Shown piece after piece: positions 8,651-16,409 of a DNA stretch of 19,998 nucleotides. The notes under the pieces are model-generated. The model did not search any database and was not told the origin of the DNA. It saw only the letters and a program-made list of their open reading frames with translations. Positions within the stretch are counted from its first letter, which is position 1. Every line of letters begins with the position of its first letter. Origin of the DNA: Promethearchaeota archaeon (lineage in GTDB: Archaea > Asgardarchaeota > Lokiarchaeia > Sigyniarchaeales > SOKP01); NCBI GenBank assembly GCA_019894975.1, contig JAGXNO010000054.1, forward strand, positions 1 to 19,998, in the 5' to 3' direction. The position numbers and the translations under genes are program-made.

Positions 8651-9937
8651 TTGTATTTTATGCTCAAGATCCATAGATCTTCAAAAATTATTATAAGTTG
8701 TGCTTTTGTTCTAAGCGTTTTCATCCCTACTTTCTTTAATGTTATACTAGCTCGTTCAATAAGAACTTGGATTTACCGAACGGATAATTATATAAATGAT
8801 TTAGATATTTCTACTAATGGTCGGTATTTAACTGTTGGAACATATGATAGATTATACTTATTTGACACTTTTGAAAATAAACTTCTATGGGATAAATATC
8901 TGCAGGCTTTACATGTGGGGTCATTATCTATGAGTAGTGATGGAAATTTTTTTGTAGCTGGTGTTTCGATAAATGCTCCTAATGGGAAAGGATATGTTTA
9001 CTATTTTGATAGTAATAGTTCCACACCACTGTGGGCTTATAGAACGTCCATTCTTCGTCCACCTGTTTCAATTTCATCTGATGGGGAAGATTTAGCGGCG
9101 ATATATCATCTCTATACTCTTGTTGTCCTTAAAAACACTAATTCGACACCCGTTTGGAATTATACCACCGATATCAAAAGAATAGGAGCTTTTAAAATGT
9201 CATCTGATGGTAGTTATGTAGTGTTTGGAATTTCTTCTGGGAAAGCATATTTGATGAATAATTCAAATATTCCATCAAAAAGATCAGTATGGGATTATTC
9301 TACAGGAAGCGAAGTGCGCTCTGTTGCTATTTCATCCAATAATGAGTATATAGCAGTAGGATCAAAAGACAATGCAGTGTATCTTTTTGATAAATTTAAG
9401 TCAGCCTTAAAGAGTCCAATATGGCAGTATACCACTCAAGGAGAAATAATATCTGTTGAATTCTCTTCAGATGAAAAATTCTTAGTTGTTACTAGTACAG
9501 ATGATAGGATCTATTATTTTGGAACAAATAGTTCTATTCCCTTATGGACCTACCGAACAAATACAGATATTTTATCAACTGCAATTTCTGATGATGGAAA
9601 TTATGTCACAGCAGCAGATTTAAAGGGAAATGTTTATCTATTAAGCTGTGATACTGGTTCACTTGTATCACGTTATAAAACAAAAGGAGAATCTTACGCA
9701 TTAAGAATATCTTATGAGGGTAATTATATAGCATGCGCGGGTCATTATTTTGACGGTGAAGTCTCTGAGTTTAGATCTTACTTATTTGATCGAAGTAAAC
9801 TTGTTTATGGAAAAGATTTTTCTTCTGTGTTTGCAACAGTTTTACAAAATCTTGTATTTTTTGGATTCCCTACAACTATTGTAATTACTTATGTAATTCA
9901 TAAATTAGAATTCTTTTTTAAAAAAAAAGATAGATAG
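8651..9937 (+). CDS. Secreted/membrane-anchored WD40/PQQ-like beta-propeller protein (start possibly ATG 8660)
   Basis: N-terminal hydrophobic segment, repeated units of the form W.Y.T...I.SVAISSDG.Y.A.G..D..VY.F, and a C-terminal hydrophobic helix followed by KKK. Confidence 0.85.
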   Translation: MYFMLKIHRSSKIIISCAFVLSVFIPTFFNVILARSIRTWIYRTDNYINDLDISTNGRYLTVGTYDRLYLFDTFENKLLWDKYLQALHVGSLSMSSDGNFFVAGVSINAPNGKGYVYYFDSNSSTPLWAYRTSILRPPVSISSDGEDLAAIYHLYTLVVLKNTNSTPVWNYTTDIKRIGAFKMSSDGSYVVFGISSGKAYLMNNSNIPSKRSVWDYSTGSEVRSVAISSNNEYIAVGSKDNAVYLFDKFKSALKSPIWQYTTQGEIISVEFSSDEKFLVVTSTDDRIYYFGTNSSIPLWTYRTNTDILSTAISDDGNYVTAADLKGNVYLLSCDTGSLVSRYKTKGESYALRISYEGNYIACAGHYFDGEVSEFRSYLFDRSKLVYGKDFSSVFATVLQNLVFFGFPTTIVITYVIHKLEFFFKKKDR

Positions 9938-10074
9938 ATTAATGTATCGCTTCTCGGCAGTTTCGGATTATATGCAAAATTTTCCTTAGTTAGATCCTTA
10001 ACATTTAACAGTGTGAAACGCAATATTAAAATTAATAATAGTAATGTCTAAAATGAATTTTTACTAAGAGTACT

Positions 10075-10875
10075 ATGGCAATTCTATATGAATCTCTTGG
10101 CAGTTTTCATACGGGAGTATTTTCATATAGGATATTGATTTCAAAACGATCAAGAGGGACGATTTCTTTAACAGGTGAAAACCTAATTTTTGAGTCTGAG
10201 AAGGATAATGTACCGTTTCACCTAAAGTTATCGGAAATTCGTGATTTTTACTTGAAAAATAGATTTACCATCCCAATTATTGAACTTAAATCAATTCATG
10301 GAACTATCCATACGATATCTACTTTGAAAGAAAGGAAAAAACATTTTCATTCATCTCTTCAAATGGTGGAAAACCTCTTCAGACAATTGACCAGGCTAAT
10401 TTTTAATAAGGATCAAATAATTTTATTTGATGCAATAGTAATGTTTTATCCTGGATCTCTCAAAAGTTTTAATATAAAGGAGAGTTCTCTACGTGGACAT
10501 CTGTTCTTAACAGAAAATTATATCTTATTCAAATCATTCCAAAGCGGGAATCTAAGTCGGATTAAAATATTTGACATACAGCAAGTTATTATGGAAATCA
10601 TAGATTCGGTGACTTATGTATCTATTGAAACTCTTGATGGAGGATTTTATTCCATTCTACCTCTAACAACATCCTGGGGAAAATTTGTGAAAGATAAAAA
10701 TAAGACAGAGAAACTTTATGATATATTAAATCAAGCTAAGATGTATAAAAATTCTGAACAATTTAGTAATCAAAAGAATGAGAAACTTAGGGAAGACTTG
10801 ATTAAATGTTTATACTGTGGAAATATAATTGAACCTGAAGCTAATTTATGTCCCTTTTGTGGGAATGAGAAATAA
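10075..10875 (+). CDS. Protein with two PH/GRAM-like repeats and a C-terminal Zn ribbon
   Basis: Internal repeat RGTISLTGENLIFES...LKLSEIRDF and RGHLFLTENYILFKS...IKIFDIQQV, each ending in a predicted helix; C-terminal CLYCG...CPFCG. The fold call is pattern-based. Confidence 0.62.
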   Translation: MAILYESLGSFHTGVFSYRILISKRSRGTISLTGENLIFESEKDNVPFHLKLSEIRDFYLKNRFTIPIIELKSIHGTIHTISTLKERKKHFHSSLQMVENLFRQLTRLIFNKDQIILFDAIVMFYPGSLKSFNIKESSLRGHLFLTENYILFKSFQSGNLSRIKIFDIQQVIMEIIDSVTYVSIETLDGGFYSILPLTTSWGKFVKDKNKTEKLYDILNQAKMYKNSEQFSNQKNEKLREDLIKCLYCGNIIEPEANLCPFCGNEK

Positions 10876-10930
10876 TTAAAATAAAAAAGAGAAAATTTAT
10901 AGGAAAAAAATAAATCCATAAGAAATCTAT

Positions 10931-11893
10931 TTACTTTGGTTTTATTGCTTTTACTTTAATACTTGTACTATCAATATCTAGTTGATCTATTTTCTTTACA
11001 ATTTCAATCTGATCTCCTAATGCTTCTCTAATATCGTCATCACCTAATAACAACTCAGTTGTAGAAAAATCGCTCTGGTTGGTAATCTCTACGTTGTTAA
11101 ATCCCGCATTTTCAATCGCTCCTAAATATTGATCTTTCATAATTGCTCCACCAATGCAGCATGCATATAGTTGTGCGTTATTCCTTATTTCATCAGGTAG
11201 TTCCTTCAGTAGAACTATATCAGAGACCATCAATCTTCCTCCTGGCTTTAAAACACGAAAAGCTTCACGAAATACTTGTTCTTTATCGGGAGAAAGGTTA
11301 ATTACACAATTAGATATAATGAGATCGGCTGAATTATCAGCTACAGGTAAATTCTCGATTTCACCAAGTCTAAATTCGACGTTATCATAATTACCCTTTA
11401 CAGCATTTTCTCGAGCTCTAGAAAGCATAGCTGGCGTCATATCTACACCAATAACTTTTCCTGTTTTTCCAACTTTATTTGCAGCTATAAAACAATCTAA
11501 TCCTCCTCCTGAACCTAGATCAAGAACGGTTTCCCCTTCTTTTATAGATGCATGTGCTGTGGGATTTCCACAACCTAGAGCCAAATTTGCTCCATCTGGA
11601 ATATTATTTAGATCATCTTCAGTATACCCTAGTTGAGCACTATGTTTTTTCATGAATTCTTCCCTTTGTTCAGCAGGAAGCCTAATTGCTCCTCCGCATG
11701 TAGTTGTATTACACGCATCCAATGCTGAATTTTCAGTTGGAGCAGTTGAACCACAACAACTTAAAGTTGGGGCTTCTGTAGGTGCTGCTGGACCACAACA
11801 ACCTGAAACGGGTGATTCATTCACTCTTCTAGAATATGCTTCTCTTACAGATTGTCTTATCTTATCATCTTCAATAATTTTTTCTTCTACCAA
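10931..11893 (-). CDS. arsM: Arsenite S-adenosylmethionine methyltransferase
   Basis: LALGCGNP, VLDLGSGGGLDC, VIGVDMTPAML, IISNCVINLSPDK, RVLKPGGRL, YACCIGGA and N-terminal CCG motifs; TTG start just downstream of an in-frame TGA. Confidence 0.92.
   Translation of the reverse strand: MVEEKIIEDDKIRQSVREAYSRRVNESPVSGCCGPAAPTEAPTLSCCGSTAPTENSALDACNTTTCGGAIRLPAEQREEFMKKHSAQLGYTEDDLNNIPDGANLALGCGNPTAHASIKEGETVLDLGSGGGLDCFIAANKVGKTGKVIGVDMTPAMLSRARENAVKGNYDNVEFRLGEIENLPVADNSADLIISNCVINLSPDKEQVFREAFRVLKPGGRLMVSDIVLLKELPDEIRNNAQLYACCIGGAIMKDQYLGAIENAGFNNVEITNQSDFSTTELLLGDDDIREALGDQIEIVKKIDQLDIDSTSIKVKAIKPK
11732..11802 (-). repeat. Intragenic 42-nt-period duplication encoding CCGPAAPTE / CCGSTAPTE
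   Basis: Plus strand ttcagttggagcagttgaaccacaacaac (11732-11760) versus ttctgtaggtgctgctggaccacaacaac (11774-11802). Confidence 0.8.
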
Positions 11894-11943
11894 TTTTATT
11901 TCACATTTTCAAAATTTAGTTTAAGTATTAATAATCAATATGT

Positions 11944-11977
11944 GAATATAAAGGTTCCGGACATTTCGGTTCCGAAC
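11944..11977 (-). promoter_or_regulatory. Candidate arsM promoter (TTTATA box) with adjacent operator
   Basis: Minus-strand TTTATATTC at 11944-11952. Immediately upstream is a GC-rich island with GGTTCCG repeated at 11953 and 11968, and the palindrome TTCGG-TT-CCGAA at 11965-11976. Confidence 0.6.
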
Positions 11978-12022
11978 TATTTTCCTTAAATCAAATTCTT
12001 ATTTCAAAAGCAAAAGAAATGA

Positions 12023-12502
12023 TTAGCATTTTTCCAATCCAGTTAATTCAAACGAATCGGATAATTTATTTAACAAATAAGTTAATTTATCAGCTTCTTC
12101 AAGTGTAAAACCTTCACAACAGTTTGTTAAAATAATTTTAATTGGAGGTGTTGAACTTTCAATATTTTTGCCTTTATCGGTAAGTTTAACTAATAGACTT
12201 CGTCTATCATCAGGATTTTTTTCTCTCGAAACTAATTCATTTTTTTCCATAGTATCGACGATACCTGTAATTGTTGAGGGAGAACAACAACATGCTGATG
12301 CTAACTCTTTAAATTGCTTTCCATCAGATTTCCATAATTCCATTAGTATTGAATATTGGGGTGGGGTAAGATTTTCGCTTTTTACAACTCTACGTTGTAA
12401 TTTTTCATATTTTTTATTTAGTAAATTAATTAATTGAAAAATTTCAGAGAAATTCATAACCACACATTCATCACTTTCGCAATTTGAATTATTTTCAGCC
12501 AT
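12023..12502 (-). CDS. Cys-rich MarR-family transcriptional regulator
   Basis: LTPPQYSILMELW, ELASACCCSPSTITGIVDTMEKNELVSR, DDRRSLLVKLTDKG (MarR wing motif); 8 Cys; co-oriented directly upstream of arsM. Confidence 0.9.
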   Translation of the reverse strand: MAENNSNCESDECVVMNFSEIFQLINLLNKKYEKLQRRVVKSENLTPPQYSILMELWKSDGKQFKELASACCCSPSTITGIVDTMEKNELVSREKNPDDRRSLLVKLTDKGKNIESSTPPIKIILTNCCEGFTLEEADKLTYLLNKLSDSFELTGLEKC

Positions 12503-12794
12503 TTTGTAATCACTAAATATTTAGGATCGAAATTATTTATATCCTTACTAATTATATTAAATTCTTTCTTATTATTCTTTATGGTTCTCTGCAGTACTTA
12601 GTTGGTAGAGTCCTTTCATACTATTGTCAATTTAATGCTAATAACTTATTTAAAAAGGAAAAATTAACAAAAATATAATAAATTTGGGACTCTAAAGATT
12701 TATATTAGTGAAAGTAATTACTATACATATATAAGACAAATCGTCTCATAATAAAAGCAACTTTAATTCAAAAATGTTAACAGCAAAAAAAAAT

Positions 12795-12910
12795 GGCTCC
12801 TGTCAATCCCCTGGATTTTTGTCTTTTGGTAGTGTAATTCGTTACACTTAAAAATTTACCTTCTCCTACTTAATGGATTTGACCTCAATATGAGGTTTTT
12901 GGCAGGAGCC
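12795..12910. other. Structured intergenic element (candidate ncRNA, 3'-UTR element or MITE-like unit)
   Basis: Terminal inverted repeat GGCTCCTGTCAA (12795-12806) / TTGGCAGGAGCC (12899-12910). Internal hairpins AGTGTAA-TTCG-TTACACT (12831-12848) and ACCTCA-ATA-TGAGGT (12882-12896). Confidence 0.6.
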
Positions 12911-12961
12911 TCCTTTTATTATTAATAAGATATCCAAATTATGAAATGTGAAATTTAAGGA

Positions 12962-13807
12962 TTATAATAAGAGAAAAAGTTCTAGCAAATACATATCCAG
13001 AGACAAATCCTTTAACAATTCCATACTGTTAAAAATATAACTATATACTTTTTCTTCTCTGAAATACTTTAAACATAAATTGTCTCCCTTGATCTCCCTT
13101 AAGATATTTACTACTTGGCTAAGTAGATGTTTTAAACTATCAATAACTATTTCTTTATCGCATTTAATCAAGTTAATATCAATAATGTCAAACCAGGCTT
13201 CTTTTGAGAAGGAAATGCTTTTCAACTCAGGCTCTTCTTTACATCTGTCTTGATTTTGATAAGCTTGGTATATTTTATCTATGTGGTCTAAAATCTCATT
13301 TTTAGATTTACTATACATTTTTTTTTCAATAATGTTCCTAAGCATAATAAAAATATTCTGGAATATTCCTAAAATATCGAAGAAATCAGCTGTTAGGGTT
13401 AGAGTCTCGACTTCTTCCCATTGATTATAATAATCTTCAATTAATTTTAGAAAAGGCAGGAAGATGTTAATATTCCCGTCCCAATTTTTGCCTTTTTTTT
13501 TCCAAACGGGATCAAATTCTTTTATGAAGGCATTTTTAATAACACTTAAACGAGTCTTTAACGTTTCTGTTTTCATTTCCTTAGTACCTGCGGCCACAAA
13601 AAGTAAATTATACTTAGCTTCTACAATATAGATCCATCTTAATCCGCCCATTTCTATGGAGTCAATTGATTGATTAAATTCAACTATAGAAAATTGATTA
13701 AAGGCTGTAAGAAATCCAGAAACTATATCCTCATCAGCATCTGTCTTTAAAAAAGACTTATACAATAATTTTACTCCAGAGTCGCTTTCTACTATCCAGA
13801 TAATCAT
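12962..13807 (-). CDS. Protein with N-terminal longin-like domain and helical C-terminus
   Basis: IIWIVESDSGVKLLYKSF...DEDIVSGFLTAFNQFS...IDSIEMGGLRWIY...LLFVAAG...LKTRLSVIKNAFIKEF fits the beta-beta-alpha-beta-beta-beta-alpha longin pattern common in Lokiarchaeia. Confidence 0.68.
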   Translation of the reverse strand: MIIWIVESDSGVKLLYKSFLKTDADEDIVSGFLTAFNQFSIVEFNQSIDSIEMGGLRWIYIVEAKYNLLFVAAGTKEMKTETLKTRLSVIKNAFIKEFDPVWKKKGKNWDGNINIFLPFLKLIEDYYNQWEEVETLTLTADFFDILGIFQNIFIMLRNIIEKKMYSKSKNEILDHIDKIYQAYQNQDRCKEEPELKSISFSKEAWFDIIDINLIKCDKEIVIDSLKHLLSQVVNILREIKGDNLCLKYFREEKVYSYIFNSMELLKDLSLDMYLLELFLLL

Positions 13808-13962
13808 TTTGTATTCGAAGATTTATTATGTTGCTCTAAGAGATTTTTTTTACTTAAAATTTATAAATTTACCAATAGTAAATTAATTTAACTTTTCAAG
13901 AGAGCTTCTTAAAAATTATCATCTAAGAGGTTTATTAAGGAAGAATAATATAACTATTTATC

Positions 13963-14364
13963 ATGAGTGAAAAAAATCCTCTACAGTCAACCGGGTTTCA
14001 TCCTTTTGGTGATTTAATTGGATTAACCTTTACAGAACTTAAACAAGGATATTCGAAGGGCATGATCAATGTTGAACCAAAGTTAATGAACCCTCATGGA
14101 TTTTTACATGGTGGGGTTATGTATTCAGCCGTAGACACGGGCATGGGCGCCGCTTTGTATTCATTATTGGAAGAAGATGAACTTTGTGCTACAGTAGAAA
14201 TTAAAATCACTTACTTTAAGCCCGTTAAAAGTGGTATTCTTACATGCGAGACTAAAGTTGTTCATAAGGGGAAAACGATGAGTGCTCTTGAATCTGAGAT
14301 TTACAATAATGATCTTCTTGTCAGTAAAGCTATGGGTACTTATTCCATTTTTAAGATTAAATAA
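13963..14364 (+). CDS. PaaI-family hotdog-fold thioesterase
   Basis: NPHGFLHGGVMYSAVDTGMG, TVEIKITYFKPV and VVHKGKT motifs. Confidence 0.92.
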   Translation: MSEKNPLQSTGFHPFGDLIGLTFTELKQGYSKGMINVEPKLMNPHGFLHGGVMYSAVDTGMGAALYSLLEEDELCATVEIKITYFKPVKSGILTCETKVVHKGKTMSALESEIYNNDLLVSKAMGTYSIFKIK

Positions 14365-14381
14365 GTTAATGCGCTTTTGTA

Positions 14382-16049
14382 CTAATGGGTATAGAGAGCC
14401 TTGTATTTATTTCGTATAACTTTTTTATCCAATTTCCCAACACTCGTTCTTGGGATTGATTGGACAAACATAATTTCGTCAGGTATTTGCCACTTAGCAA
14501 AAGACTTGGAGAGATACTCAATAAACTGTTCTTTTGTTGTCGATTCATGACCTTCACGTAATACTAATAATGCTAAAGGGCGTTCTTCCCATTTTGGGTG
14601 AGGTAAACCTACGACCGCTGCTTCCAGAACCCCAGGATGGGAGACGAGTACATTTTCCATGTCAATTGAGCTTATCCATTCCCCTCCACTTTTGATTACA
14701 TCTTTTATTCTATCAGTTATCTTTAAATAACCTTCCGAATCAAGAGATCCCGCATCGCCGCTTCTAAAAAATCCATCCTTTGTAAAACTATCTTTTGTGA
14801 GTGGGGCATTATAATAATTTCTCGCAATCCAAAGTCCTCGTAAAAGGATTTCGCCAGAAGATTTACCGTCATGAGGTAAAATATTTCCCTCTTCATCAAT
14901 TATTCTAATATCAAGCCCCGAAACGATCGTCCCTTGTTTTTTCTTAAGCTCCCATAATTCTTCTTCTGATAGTTCCTTTTTAAGCCAAGGTTTGAAAAAA
15001 TTCAATGTTGTAATTGCCATAGCTTCAGTAGAACCATAAGAATGTATGATTTCGCCCCCAGTCTCATCCCACAACCCTTTCATTAACGCAATTGGTGGTT
15101 CTGAACCTCCACAAATTAAACGAATGTTTGAAAGATCCGGCTTTTCTTCCATTTTTCTTATAAATTCAAGCATCGCCATAAAAACTGCAGGAACACCCCC
15201 TGAAACTGTGACCTTTTCTTGAACCATTAGTTGAGTAAGTTCTTCTAAATCATCTAGGCTCCACTTTCCAGAGAATACCAGCTTAGAACCTGCATAAGTT
15301 GCAGCTTGTGGCTTGGACCATCCAATCACATGAAACATTGGAACTAATTGAAGGACAGTGTCATCAACAGTCATAGAGATTTGAGCTGTAAATGCCAAAG
15401 CTTGGAGATAAACATAGCGATGGGAATAATACACACCCTTAGGTCTTCCTGTTGTTCCTGTAGTATAACACGCAGCGTAAGCCGAGTTTTCATCCAAATT
15501 AGGCCATTCATAAGAATTAGACGATTTTTTCAAAAGATCTTCGTAATCATATATAGGATTTAGTCTTGTTTTAATATTGGAAATATCTTTCTCTGTAATA
15601 ATGATATACCCTCTTACTTTCTTGCATAAATGCATAATTGATTCAGCTAGAGGGATTAAATCCTCATCAACTATAATCATAGATGCTCCAGAATGATTTA
15701 TTACGTAAGATAAATCTTGAGGTGAAAGACGTAAATTCAAAGTAACCATCACAGCTCCCATGCCAGGAAGCCCAAAATAGATCTCGTAGTGTTGATAATG
15801 ATTCCATGCTAATACCCCAATCCTATCCCCTAGCTTCACACCGATTGACTCTAAACCATTGGCTAATTGCTGCATTCTACCATAAGCATCTTTGTATGTA
15901 TAACGAAACAATGTCCCATCTATTTTCCTACTAACTATCTCTTGTCTAGCAAAATTTCTTATTCCTTGTTTTATAAGATTTATAGTATTTAATTGGTAGG
16001 TATCCTTAGAGTCGACAATAAATCCTTTTACAATTTTCATGAAGATCAC
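14382..16049 (-). CDS. Medium/long-chain fatty acid-CoA ligase (AlkK/DmdB/ttLC-FACS-like); start possibly ATG 16040
   Basis: [76 protein letters not shown]. Confidence 0.93.
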   Translation of the reverse strand: MIFMKIVKGFIVDSKDTYQLNTINLIKQGIRNFARQEIVSRKIDGTLFRYTYKDAYGRMQQLANGLESIGVKLGDRIGVLAWNHYQHYEIYFGLPGMGAVMVTLNLRLSPQDLSYVINHSGASMIIVDEDLIPLAESIMHLCKKVRGYIIITEKDISNIKTRLNPIYDYEDLLKKSSNSYEWPNLDENSAYAACYTTGTTGRPKGVYYSHRYVYLQALAFTAQISMTVDDTVLQLVPMFHVIGWSKPQAATYAGSKLVFSGKWSLDDLEELTQLMVQEKVTVSGGVPAVFMAMLEFIRKMEEKPDLSNIRLICGGSEPPIALMKGLWDETGGEIIHSYGSTEAMAITTLNFFKPWLKKELSEEELWELKKKQGTIVSGLDIRIIDEEGNILPHDGKSSGEILLRGLWIARNYYNAPLTKDSFTKDGFFRSGDAGSLDSEGYLKITDRIKDVIKSGGEWISSIDMENVLVSHPGVLEAAVVGLPHPKWEERPLALLVLREGHESTTKEQFIEYLSKSFAKWQIPDEIMFVQSIPRTSVGKLDKKVIRNKYKALYTH

Positions 16050-16409
16050 TTTAAGTTTAATTTAATTTTGAACCAATTTATTATTTTAATTCATTATTTT
16101 ATAAATATATACGTTCTCTACACTTTCAACATTACTGAAGTGATATTTCACAAATATAATCTTTCCTCGACTAAATATTCTACAATTTATGTTTTGCCTA
16201 TTTAGTACGGATTAAAAATTCTCATTAGCATTTTAAAAACAATTAATAGATTAATTAATAAGAATAAGAATGAAGCATATGAAGAGAGTCGCTTAACACT
16301 GCGTTTCTCTCTAATGCATTGGTTTATCAATCTATAAGATTTACATTATAGTTACCTTTGTTATTAGTCAAGAAAGAAAGGAAAAGGGAATATCAAGATA
16401 GGTGCCACC

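Noticed and set aside
9914-9990. T6A9 homopolymer at the end of the beta-propeller gene as a programmed frameshift giving a longer tail
   Set aside because: The annotated frame already ends sensibly with a TM helix plus KKK. Such runs are common in this AT-rich DNA and the alternative frame adds only about 20 residues.
12583-12660. tRNA gene
   Set aside because: Only a D-arm-like string is present; there is no acceptor stem, anticodon arm or TTCGA T-loop.
12795-12910. 5S rRNA, or a CRISPR repeat unit
   Set aside because: The length is similar to 5S but the conserved 5S motifs are absent and the interior is too AT-rich. There is no repeat-spacer periodicity.
16275-16317. SECIS element
   Set aside because: It lacks the 3' GA of the core, and I found no adjacent gene with an internal in-frame TGA. 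Kept only as a generic leader hairpin.
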